DNA of 64,000 nucleotides, from assembly GCF_001194135.2 (NCBI RefSeq), contig NC_068984.1, positions 118,984,285 to 119,048,284 of the forward strand, read 5' to 3'. The stretch comes from Octopus bimaculoides (taxonomy: Eukaryota). A program made the position numbers and the translations under genes. Shown here piece after piece: positions 52,301-64,000 of this stretch. Position 1 is the stretch's first letter, and each line of letters starts with the position of its first letter. Under the pieces are notes generated by a model. That model was not told the DNA's origin, did not search any database, and saw only the letters and a list, made by a program, of their open reading frames with translations.

Positions 52301-54747
52301 TAAACTTTTATCAGCTGAGAAAGTCTGTGCTCTTAGCAATCATATATACATACATACACTTAGTGGAGAATGAACTCCAAATGCAAATTGTGGAAGAGAG
52401 TGATTTCCAACATCTATTACGTTTCCCGTTTGCTATATACCTTACTATCATAGAACAAGACTGCTTCAGTATAAACACTGAAAAGTAACACTAAATCTAT
52501 CACTGACTGAACAACTCCAAGTAGAGTTTACATGTTGCTATTTATGTTAACTGGCATTTTTATCTTATACATTTCTAATGTCTGCACTATCATACCCAAC
52601 ATCAATTTCTTCATTTGCAAACCCACTTTTACAGCAAACTTGCAGATCATCAAGATGGAAAGTATCAATTGGAGACATTGACTTCCACTAGACTTAGTCT
52701 TCTTAATGATACAAGGCATTGTGCCAAGTTAGAAATCAAAAGGAAAAGAACTTGAACGAATGTCTTATTAAAAAAAAGAGAAAAAAGTGATACCTAAGAT
52801 GTATGCCCTTTTTCTACATTACATGTGATTAAACCTAATTTTTGTTGCAAAATTCTATTTCATTTTGAAAATGGTAAGTTACTGAATCTTACCACTTTGT
52901 CAGTTAAAATGAATCTGCAGGTTAATGGTTTTTATTACTTTTGTTAATATCTAGAAGTGAATTCATGTTCACTATGGTCATACCACATAACAGATGGAGA
53001 CCTACTTTTGAGTAGTTTAAAATTGAAAATTGTAATATCCATGCCATTTGTGCATCCAGTGTTATATTTTTCGATCAATTCATAATTTTTTTAATTTATC
53101 CTTTGCAATTGTAGAACATTAATAGAAACAAATGTTTAACATTATTTTTTAACAATTCAATGTCTAAATTTTAAATGCAACAGAGTAGGATTTTCTAATA
53201 GTTCAATATATCTGTCTAAAATCATGCAGTAATTCATTTAGCCAGTAATGTGAACCAGTCTACCACTATTATTTGTTCTATGCAGAGTCTCTTTGCTACA
53301 GTACATAATAACTGTGTTTATATTTTGTTTTCTTTTTATGGAATTTATACATTAAAATATTCAAATTGGAAAAAAGACAAGAAAATGGAAATACTGTTTG
53401 ATTATAACCAATTAAATTAATATAAGAAATGGTTCGTTGCATAATATACTTTTCCTGTTTTTCCGGGTTTTAATATTTCACCTGACCCCATCTAAAACAA
53501 TATCATTTCATTCTAATTTCAAAATAGAATTCAAGTATCTGTGCATAACCTCTGTTAACAAAAAAATTTTTTTTTTAATTTAAACTGCAATTTATTTTTA
53601 GAAGGGGGGGGGGCTAAATAAATACAGTTTAATATTGAGGAAATACAATGCTCTAAGTAGAAAAATATCCCATTTATAGATATGGGTGCAATAAATAAAA
53701 GCTATCTTTATCAATTTTTAGGTGCACCCACCCATTTAGATATAATTTGATTTTATAAAATATCATTTCAAATTTATCTTCTTTTTTTTTACCTGTAATT
53801 CTAATTGACCAGCAAAATGAGTGACAAATTGTGATTGTGTGTATTTACCTGCATGAATTTATTTTACTTTGTTATGTGCAGGTTAATTTATTTGATCTTC
53901 AAATTTCAACATTTTGGGTATACCTGTGTCCAATTCCTCTTCATTTTCATATTATATAGCTAACTAATATAATTAGTTAATAACTTACTTAGTAAGGTGA
54001 TATTCAAACAAAATTTTAATAAATTTCACATTTTGTCAAATTTATCAGTAACAAGATTCGCTTTGTGGGAAAAATTATTTAATAAATTTATTGAATATTT
54101 TGTTGCGTTCCAAAAACCACATTCACGTCAATTGTTGTCTTATGAAACTGGTCTAAATTCACAATTATTTTAGAATTTTACACAAAGTGTGTTCTAATTA
54201 GAAATATAGTAACAAAAGGGTTAAAACCTTGCAAGTTAGTGATTGCCAAGAAAACAAGAATAAGTAGAAAAGGTCAGAAAGCTGCAGCTCAGAGGAAAAA
54301 AAAGATGAGGCTAAGTATTTAGTACAAAATCTGGAGTAGAGTAGGGGCAGGGCAAAAATAAGGGAAGAGAGTTCAAATAGAGACTTTAGCTGGAGTTGAT
54401 ATTTAATCAGTAAGTTAAAAGGATTGGACAAACCTAGGTAGCAGGGACAAGGAAAACAGGTCAATGGTGAACATGTGATTGAGGAGTGTCAGCAATTGAC
54501 AATTAGGCAGACAGCATTTTTTTTTATGTTTGTCCAAAATGTATGGGTCTCTAGAAAGGACAACAGGACATCTTCCTAGGTGTTTCAGCAATCCTCTGGT
54601 TTAAGATATACTTATCCTTTGTGTATGGGTTGTGACTGTTTATAGCATTTTTCCTGGCTCTAAAAAGGAATCTGAGGTTTATTGATTGTAAGACTTCTTA
54701 TAAATCTAAAAAAGAAAATTTTTTTTTTTTCTGAAAACTTTACTTAC

Positions 54748-54819
54748 TTCTACAGGAGGCATTTCAAACACACACTTAAGTTTAGAATCCATCAAGTTCT
54801 CAGGGGAAACATCTTTCCA
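54748..54819 (-). CDS. VAPA/VAPB: VAP coding exon 4: WKDVSPENLMDSKLKCVFEMPPVE (end of MSP domain)
   Basis: Matches VAP WK..P..LMDSKL(R/K)CVFEMP. Acceptor ttatttttcag, donor gtaagt, 72 nt, phase 0 to 0. Confidence 0.96.
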
Positions 54820-54974
54820 CTGAAAAATAAATTAAGTTGGAATCTTAAAAATTCTGAAAAAAATACACATCTATATAAAAACACTCAAAATATTCTGAAC
54901 ATATACTTAGTTCATAAGAAATCAGGAAACAAAAAATACAAGTAGATATTTACATAATTTGAAGTATTTAAAAA

Positions 54975-55260
54975 GAATATATATTATAATAAACAAGTGT
55001 ACCCACTATCACTTTGCTCAGCAAATTGTCATTGATAAAAAAAAAAAAATATGCATGCATGTATAAATTTATATATAGCTGCTCAGGCACTATCATAACT
55101 GAACAGAATGTTTTCACCATTTCAGGCATCAATGCATTCACAAGAAAATATTTTCCCATCAAATATGTTAATTCCTCATTTGTAGGATCAACATCATTGA
55201 TGGATATAATATTGCTCACACTGAAATTTGAAAGATCTGATGGGCTTCCAAAATTTGGTT
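54975..55260 (-). pseudogene. Second short Helitron helicase fragment, paralogous to 57200-57385
   Basis: Visible direct alignment (GCTCAGG...GAACAGAATG...TTTTCCCATCAAATATGTT...TCAACATCATT...TTTGAAAGATC..ATGGGCTTCCAAA). Confidence 0.75.
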
Positions 55261-56879
55261 GACAAGTTTCCACAGGGATCTGGCTCCGTCCCACTGTGAG
55301 GCACTTTAAGCAAGAGTCTTATACTATAGTTCTGGGCTGATCAAAGCCTCAAAGCCTTGAGAGTAGATTTGGTATATGAAAACTGTAGAAATCCAAACAT
55401 AACTGTAGGAAGCCAAACGTGTATGCATGTGTGTGTCCCTTTATCTTGATTTCACACAATGAATGTTAAATAAAAAGGACCACTATCTTACAAGCAGTGT
55501 TGTTCCAAGAAAACATGTCCAGCCATGAAAAAACATGTTGAAGGCTGGCAGCAGGAAGGGCATCCAGTCATAGAAAAATCTTTGTCGATGAATACTGTTT
55601 GAGCCATGCCTTAATGGAAGTTTAGAGAAACAGTTTAGAGACAGTTCAGGGAGCTATTATAACTGCTGGCAACAAAGATCTTTTTTCTACAGAGTGATAG
55701 GCAAATTGTATGAGGTTTGTGTTAGAATTGCAGATGTAGTGTGCATTAAAGTAGACTGCAATGGTATGAACATGTGCTGATTTGGTTGTATAAAGTGCCA
55801 ATCAATAAATGTGGCTGGAGTTTGTGAGCAATGGAGACCCAGAAAGACATGAAAGAAAAGCAAAGGCTGACCTCAGGATCCTGAGCCTCACACAGGAGAT
55901 GACAAAGGACTGAGAAGTTTGGTTATATGTGTGATACTTAAGATTTACTTTATCATGGCAAAACTGACTTCTGGAAGTACAGTTAGCGTACTTTTTTTTT
56001 TAACTATGTGCACAAATGAACCTCTCACCCAATCTCCTACTCATACCCACCAACAACTCTTCCACTGCAGCTCCTCCCATCCCTGATACCACATCTTCTC
56101 ATCCATTAATATTGTTCTCTACACCTACATGTTACAGTGATCTCTTCATCCCCCACACTAGACCACTGAAATCTATCCTCCTGCACTACACCCGATTCTC
56201 ACTCCCCACTCCTCTGTAGTCTACCCAAACGCGTCATCTCTCCTGTGTTCTCCATGTCCACTGACCTTTGGCCATTCCTGCATCCAGGATTCAACCTTTA
56301 CCAATCCCTATAGACATTACCTATCTCTCTCACTTCATTTCCCATCACCTGCCTCCCAAAACACACATAACTCATGCAAATTCCCACCCACACCTAGTTT
56401 CTCACCCCCACTCACTTCTACTTACCTTAAGTGCCACTTGGACACTGCATCACCATTATTTATCTCTTTGCAGCAACTACTAATTCATTTCTCCCTCTCT
56501 CCTAAATGTAGGTAGCCATGTAGCTCCCCTACAATGAGAATTTACTCTGCTCCCACCCCCGCCCCCCTCTCTCGTATCTTAACCCTCATCTGCTAGCATG
56601 GAACTCCTCCCTTCAAGTTTCATAGGCCTGCAAACTGTATAGCCAGCTCAGTAGCAGCATGAGAAAAGCTGTCCAGTACATGCTGTAAAGTGGATGGCAT
56701 TAAGAAGCGCATCCAGTCATAGAAACCATGCTGAAGCAGATACTGGAGCATGATGCAATCCATGGACCCATTGGATCCTGTCAAACAGTACAATTTATAC
56801 CAGCATGGGTATGGGCATTAAATGATGATAAAGCTACAGGTAAACATTTATGTATACTATGATTTGTACAATATGTCAC

Positions 56880-58500
56880 TATACTTGCAGCACTCTGCAG
56901 TTCTTGACAAAACCTATTTTACTCGATGATTGATATTGAAATCCCAACAAATGCTTTACAAGAATGACTCGAACTTGAAGCTGCATAGTAGTTAGTAACC
57001 AAGTGATATTAGATCTCAGTTGAACTTTTAGTACAATGTTTTCACCTTCAGTAACAATGTTGTCCTCAACCATGCCTTCATGTAAGTAGGCTATTCAAAT
57101 TCTTGTTCTACTACAAAGTCCCATAATCTTAATTAAACTTTGCATTTGCATTATAACAAAGTCCTTTTATCACAGTATGTGATATCACTCCAAAGATATA
57201 GTTGCTCAGGTACTCCATTATATAATTGAACAGAATGTTTTTATCATTGCAGGCATCAGTGCAGTCACAAGATATTTTCCCATCAAATATGTTGATAATT
57301 CCTTATTTGTAGAATCAACATCATCATTGGGAGATAATATTGCTCATACTGATATTTGAAAGATCCAATGGGCTTCCAAATCTTGATTTATCATTTCACA
57401 TTCATCCAATACAATTTCAATGTCATTTGGAAGCACAATCATGTCATCAATATCAAGTTGTTCCATTATTTCAACACAAAGCGGAAAAGTCGGCTCAATC
57501 ATTCTCCTTTCAATTCTGTAATCTCTTAGTCACAAGTTTCAGTTTCGTCACTCTTCCAAAATGAAGAATGGGTTCTAATTATGTTCACAATAGCAGCTCT
57601 GCCAGTTTTCTATAAGTTTGGAAATGTCTGACGAAAATCCCTTAGAAAAATGACACCATGATCTTGCCATGATCAAAAAATAAACTATTTTGAAAACGAC
57701 CATGAAATGCACAATCAACAGCTTCATACACATACCTCAACATTTCTGATGCTTCATTCACACAGGTGAAATCAGTCTCGAATTATTTTTGCCAGTTTGT
57801 TGTGAACATCAATACTGCAAACAGAATCCCTGTCAATGGAAATTGGAATATGGAAAGTTGTGTAACCACTTTTGTAGAACAATGCAGCCAGTTCCTTGTA
57901 GATTCAACAGCAACAACTAGAGGCTTCCTCATGTGTTCAAGTGAAATATATCTTTCTGGAACTGCCAGGAACATCAATAAAGAAATGAATCTGGGTTGTT
58001 ACTCTCTAAGAGATTAAGGTGTCAAAAGCATCTCAGTGTTGTTGCTTTAATATTTCTTCCCAACAGTTTGTTCCAATCCACTGTAGATTGTTGCCATCAA
58101 TATATGGAGGTGATTCAAGAAATTCTGATGCTTTGAGTGCAGATAACTCAGAGATGAGCAGAAAGGAAGTTCTATCAGGAAGTTTGCAAATCAGTGATAA
58201 CATTCCTCTCAAGCAGTTCAGTCATCATCATCAATGGGATACTAAAGTCAACGATCTTCTTGTGACTTGGAAAGAATCTCAACTGATCTGAGATTTTACA
58301 TGAAAGAGACAATGAGGCCCATCTTTAAAGCTGCTTCCTTGTAAGTTTATAGCATTCCTGTTCTCCAGTTTTCAGCAGACGATATCTTTTAGAATCTCAT
58401 GAAGTAACAAAATATATTCTTCCAATTGATAAACCACATTTTATATTTGTGCAAGAGTGTCTTTCATTAGTATATAGTAAATGCTTTTGTACATGACCAC
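56880..58500 (-). pseudogene. Helitron PIF1-type helicase pseudogene inside VAP intron 3
   Basis: FFIDVPGSSRK (degenerate Walker A), LVVAVEST, TFHIPISIDRDSVCSI, NEAS..RYVYEAVD (Walker B region), GKIMV..DFRQTF and DVDSTN, in the expected order with stops and frameshifts. Confidence 0.85.
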
Positions 58501-59194
58501 TTTTTCCTATTTCTCTCATATATGAATTTAATTAAAGCAATAAAAGTATTTGTCATAGAATCTTTTAGAAAGAACATGAAAGTATATCATGACATTTGTA
58601 CAAATGACCAGCCTTCCTCATGCGATAGTCTTTATGTAGTCATTCAACATACTAGAAATAGCAGCTGATTTCCCTTACTCACACCCTATTGTCTTACCCG
58701 TTCATCTGCTCAAAGCATTTTCATAAGTTTGTCCTAAATGCCCATACTTGTTATCAGACTTTTAGTTAACTTTTATTTCACACATTCTGAGAAATATAAA
58801 GCTTTCTTTTCCTAAGACCCAAGTTACTCTAGTGGTTAAAAAAAATTAGGAATGAGTATCATATACAATGCATAGATACCAGGGAAATATGTCACATGTG
58901 ATACACAAGGCAGGCAAAGGATTAAAAAAGAAAATGATATATTAAATGTAGTCCTAATACCATTAAAGCAATGGTCAAACTGGAATGCCTTTCATCATGT
59001 CTGTTCAAGCATGACAAACCTTAATTAAACAGTGTAAGTGAAATAAAAAAAAAAAGTATTTGTCATTTGACTTCTTCAAAACATCCACTTGTCCCACTCA
59101 CACTTCATTGAGAAAGGGATGAAATCCTGGTCATGATCAGAAAAGATTTGTGTCATGTTATCTTAATAACAGATACAAAAATATAACCACTTAC

Positions 59195-59301
59195 CAATGC
59201 TTCTTGGCTTTCTATTTCACCATCAGGAGCGAACATTGTCTGTACCATAAATTTGTGTTTATTTTTCTCTGAAGGATCATAATCAAATGGCTGCAGCATA
59301 A
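59195..59301 (-). CDS. VAPA/VAPB: VAP coding exon 3: (V)[35 protein letters not shown]
   Basis: Canonical VAP motif [21 protein letters not shown]. Acceptor aaatttcag, donor gtaagt, 107 nt, phase 1 to 0, after a 145-nt intron. Confidence 0.97.
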
Positions 59302-59446
59302 CTGAAATTTATTTTGAAAATTAAATTTGATTTTAAAAATAACTAACAACAAATGAACATTAAATACATATCATTAATACTTAAATCTTCTAGACAAACA
59401 GTTTTACTTTAGATTATCAAATAAGTTACAATGGAAATAAATTTAC

Positions 59447-59599
59447 CTGCAACAGTCATTTGTTCTTTAGGTTTGATAAGGCCACTGTTGGGCCGTACAC
59501 AGTAACGTTTTGGTGCAGTGGTTTTCACTTTGAAGCATACTGCACGGCATGTGGGATTGATTAATTTTAAATTTGCTGTCACAACGTCTGTAAAGGGAC
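59447..59599 (-). CDS. VAPA/VAPB: VAP coding exon 2 (MSP domain N-half): (G)[50 protein letters not shown]
   Basis: Contains the VAP consensus [16 protein letters not shown]. Acceptor ttatctttcag, donor gtaaat, 153 nt, phase 1 to 1. Missed by the ORF track. Confidence 0.97.
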
Positions 59600-61149
59600 C
59601 TGAAAGATAATGAAAGATAGGCTTAGTGAACAGTTTCGGAAACTGCTATTACTGAAAAACAAAGGATTATGATGTTATGAAAAACAAAGTATTTATGTAT
59701 TTAAAATATGAAGTATAACATACTTGGCAAAAGGAGAAACTGAAAATAAAGGTTTGCACATGTTCTATCACATGAGGATCAGAGTCATGAGGTGCTCTGG
59801 ACTGTAAAGCAGTGAATAAGTGAAACAAGACATAGTTGGGAAGAAATGTATATGGAATGATAGTGGTGCACATACCCTCCCTAACAATGAAAAGAAAGAG
59901 ATATGGAAATGAATGAAGAGAAAGCATGAGAAATACAGGATCTAGCCTACACAGATTGAACAGAAAAACCAGTCACTGAAGTTTAAAGTGCAGCTGAAGA
60001 AATAAAAGCTGTCAACTAAACCATTAGCAACAGTAGCTGAAATGAAGTAGACCACACATTTGTCACTCGGTTAAACAATTGTCATACAAAATGACTGGCA
60101 TAGTGGTATCATCAAGGGGAGAAGAGATATTCCAAAGAGACAACTACAGAAGCATCAAACTGTTATGAAGATTACTGAAAGTATTCTAGTACAACTGGTG
60201 AAGAACATAAATCTAGATGAGATGCATTTCAAGCTACTACCAATGCCTTCTTCCTCCTGAGACAACTACAGAAGTTCTTAAGAGTAAGCTGCTACATCAA
60301 ATGGAGTATGCCTTTCATAGAATAACCTGCACTCAGTGTAGATGAATGGCTTGTGGGGGACTGAGCAAGCCATGAAAAGAGATGCTGTTGGCAAAGTGAG
60401 ACTTGGTAATGTGTTCAGCATGAAGGTAGGTATAAACCAGAGCTCAATTCTCAGCTCCCTCCTCTATATTACTGTTCTCCAAAGACCTAGTTATCATAAC
60501 TGAATTTGTCTAAATCTATAGAAGAAATTCCAAACTTAGAAACAAAAACGAGAATTCAGAAACCTCAAAATAAACCTACTATTGCCATCACAGAAATGCC
60601 CAGGCTTGATATGTAAAAAAAGGAGCAAGTTCCATACAACTAAAAGACAATCCGTCATTATTATTAAACATTTTCTCAAACAATCTATCACTTATTTTTT
60701 TCATTACTTGCACAATTAACAAAATTATTGATTTAAAAAATGCTCATGTTTTTCTTTCTTTCTATCTCATCTAATATTTAAATTTACCTAAGAATATGGA
60801 AACTCTTAGTAATTTTAGAATAACTAAGTTAATAAACCATCATTTTCATATCTACTTTACCTAAATGTACTTTTTGTCCAGTCACCAACCCCCGTCTGTT
60901 TCCAAGCAAGGTAACAATCTCCCAGTCTACTGAACAAACAGCCTGGATATGATAACAGAGAACTGGAAACAAACACGGCATGAATGAGCCTTTTGTTTAC
61001 AAAGACTGTGCAAGGCATGTCAAGATGGCAGGATTTTGCTTTAAAGCAGACTGCAAGCAAATGACATCAGACATTGTGAACAACCAGTCTTCAGACAAGC
61101 GAAATACAAATACACACATACACATGACAAGCTTCTTTCAGTTTCTTAT

Positions 61150-61378
61150 TTCTTTATTGCCCACAAGGGGCTAAACATAGAGGGGACAAATGAGGACAGA
61201 CAAAGGGATTAAGTCGATTACATCGACCCCAGTGCGTAACTGATACTTAATTTATCAACCCCGAAAGGATGAAAGGCAAAGTCGACCTCCGCGGAATATG
61301 AACTCAGAATGTAGCACAGACGAAATACTGTTAAGCATTTCACCCAGTGTGTTAATGTTTCTGCCAGCTCACTGCCTT
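61150..61378 (-). mobile_element. tRNA-derived SINE, family C (other copies ~5080-5280 +, 5295-5460 +, 8990-9120 +, 20185-20420 -, 20400-20560 +)
   Basis: Shared GAGCTGGCAGAA...TTCTGAGTTCA(A/T)ATTC...GTCGACTTTGCCTTTCATCCTTTCGGGG...AAGTACCAGTT motif set. Confidence 0.8.
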
Positions 61379-63325
61379 ATTTCAGTTTCTGTCCACCAAA
61401 TCCATTCACAAGGTTTTGGCTTGCCTGGAGTTATAGTAGAAAACACTTACCCAACTAGGACTAAACCTAAAATCACGTGATTGAGAAGCTTCTTAACCAC
61501 ACAGCTATGCCAGCACATAATAGCTATCATAAAATATAAATTAGTTGTAACAGTTTATGTAAAAAAAGAGCCTATTGCAGTCAAGTATTAAAAATGCAGC
61601 AATTTCCAGGATGTCAAAAAGAAATACACAATAGTAGATTTGTGTAACATAAATAGTTCTTCTAAGTTATTAATTGTAACTTCTGTATTCACATATGAAT
61701 GAATTACAAATCAAAAGGGTTTTTTGCCCTTGTATTTTGCAACAGAACAAAAGAGCAAATTTTATAAAATATGATTCTCATCAAATGCTAAGACATTTTG
61801 GTCAAAAGAAACTGAAAATTTCAATATAGGTCACTGGTTCACAAATACAACTTGGCATACTACTATGCCAAAAAATGTAGCTAAATGAAATTATATTTTT
61901 ATGAAAAAAAAGAAGAAAAAAAAGAAAAATACAGATCAAAATTTGAAAGTATAATATGAAATACAGCGATGTTGCAACTCAGGGAAGGCGAGGGATGGCT
62001 TTGCACCTAATTCATTTAGTCGTATGACTGTCTTCTTTCCTAAGGTATTTTTCAATTTCCTATACAACAGTGCCAACATATTTTAATTTGCTCTGAAGTG
62101 CAACTCCAGTGATAAAAGTTGAGAAACCACTAATATAGGTTGTGCCTACAGGGAACTTCCTATTTGCATTAAAGTAGCAAAATAAGAAAAAAATAAAATA
62201 AGGGATATCAGCATCATGTACACTCAAGCAATGATACACATGAAATATTAACATTCAAAAACATTCACAACACACACACTACCAGCAGTTTCCATCAAAC
62301 AAATTCCCTAATTACACTGGTCAGCTCAGGTTCAAGTAGAAGACACTACAGACAGTTCAAATCTAATACCATCATTAAAAATATTTAGTTAACATATTAA
62401 CCTAGTGTTGTTGAAAATAAGACATTTAAGCGCTGCCATATGGAAGTGAAAGTATTCACCTTATTAAAAGTGAATTCCAAGACACAAACACTGAAATTTT
62501 TTCCAACAAAACAAAACTATTAAAGAATGAATGTAAAACAGTGAACAGCAGATTTCCGGCTAGACATTATAAATCCTCAAGTGTGACAATAACACCAAAT
62601 ATTTTAATTAAATTCTTAATAAACATAAGCAAAGCACAGCTATTCAGGGGTAGTGAGTATTAATGCAAGAAAATTATAATGATTAAAAATAAATACATAA
62701 ACAGATTTTCTGCCAAATTATGGAATATGACTATCTTGGTTGTAGAGGAGAGTGAGGAGTCTAAGAGCTGCATCATAAGGCTGGATATATATGGAGGTGT
62801 ACCAAGAGAGTTTGTCGCAAAACACTTTTTTACTACAATGAAAACTGTTTCTTGTGCAAATCATCAAGCTCATGTATAATTAATTGGGTGTATACTTGGT
62901 GAGCATTAAAATAACACATCAAAAAACAATTTCATGGTTTTGACCTGGAAAACACCTATTTTTTGACAATGTAAATATTTTTACAGGGACTTGCAATTGA
63001 GGCAGTGCTTGCATTTCGGATTTTCACTTTTTAAAAAAAAAGTGAAACTCATTACAAATAGCATATATAAAACTAAGACTATTTATTTGAAATTTTTCAG
63101 AAAAGAAAACAAAGTTACACGCCTACAATTCACTCTGCTTTCATATACGTGTGTGTGTGTGTGTGTGTGTGTGNNNNNNNNNNNNNNNNNNNNNNNNNNN
63201 NNNNNNNNNNNNNNNNNNNNNNNNNNNNNNNNNNNNNNNNNNNNNNNNNNNNNNNNNNNNNNNNNNNNNNNNNNNNNNNNNNNNNNNNNNNNNNNNNNNN
63301 NNNNNNNNNNNNNNNNNNNNNNNNN

Positions 63326-63726
63326 GCTCGAGAAACCTCATGTGTCACCCGCACAAGAGCCAGCCCAGGGGCACCGGCAACGATCTCGCTCAAAAAATCC
63401 TACAACAACTCCACACAAGAGCCAGTTCAGGGGCACCGGCAACGATCTCGCTCGAAAAATCCTACAACAACCCCACACAAGAGCCAGTTCAGGGGCACCG
63501 GCAACGATCTCGCTCGAAGAAATTTCATGTGTCACCCGCAAGAGCCAGTCCAGGGGCACTGGCAATGATCTCGCTCGAATAATTTCATGTGTCACCCGCA
63601 CAAGAGCCAGCCCAGGGGCACCGGCAACGATCCCGCTGGAAAGATTTCATGTGTCACCCGCACATGAGCCAGTCCAGGGGCACTGGCAACGATCCCGCTC
63701 GAAAGATTTCATGTGTCGCCCGCACA
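63326..63726 (-). repeat. Tandem array of ~6.5 x 62-bp units, the RTE 3'UTR repeat domain
   Basis: GGCAA(C/T)GATC anchors at 63376, 63438, 63500, 63561, 63623 and 63685. Reverse complement is homologous to the units at 31790-32070. Confidence 0.9.
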
Positions 63727-64000
63727 TATATGTATATATATATAGATAAATATATATTATATATTCGTCTATTCTTTTTACTCGGTTCAGTCATTTGACT
63801 GTGGCCATGCTGAAGCACCACCTTAAGTCGAACAAACTGACCCCAGAACTTATTCGTTTGTAAACTTAATACTTATTCTATCAGTCTTTTTGATGAACCT
63901 CTAAGTTACGGATACATAAACACACCAACAAGAAAAGTACAGATTAAGATTTGAAAGTATAATATGAAATACAGCAATGTTGCAACTCAAAGAAGGGGAG

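Noticed and set aside
60857-62254. VAP exon 1 in ORFs 60857-61060 or 62060-62254
   Set aside because: No match to the expected M...EQ.L..EP..EL.F(K/R)G N-terminus with a phase-1 donor; exon 1 probably lies beyond 64000.
63326-63726. CRISPR array
   Set aside because: The variable segments are only two recurring types rather than unique spacers, there are no cas genes, the context is eukaryotic, and the unit is homologous to a LINE 3'UTR repeat.

Overview
AT-rich, gap-ridden animal genomic DNA, dense in microsatellites and transposon relics. The repeat families look cephalopod (probably Octopus); this is inferred, not proven. One gene is well supported: a VAP (VAPA/VAPB/Vap33) orthologue on the minus strand. 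Six coding exons (59599 to 35235) splice in frame via GT-AG introns into MSP domain, linker, coiled coil and C-terminal TM anchor, followed by a probable ~2.9 kb 3'UTR. Exon 1 was not found and probably lies beyond 64000. The rest is mostly TEs: a hAT MITE with perfect TSD, piggyBac-type TTAA elements, Helitron helicase pseudogenes and ends, mariner and maT-like remnants, a Penelope GIY-YIG remnant, R4-like and RTE LINE fragments, and three tRNA-derived SINE families. No prokaryote-type system or CRISPR array is present. Best leads: a candidate 7-nt microexon (plus a possible 8-nt partner) in VAP intron 5 lying between inverted MITEs, two 5'-inverted RTE insertions, a MEF2-consensus minisatellite in VAP intron 4, and weak exon candidates for an unidentified plus-strand gene. 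All translations and alignments were done by eye; TE relic boundaries are approximate.
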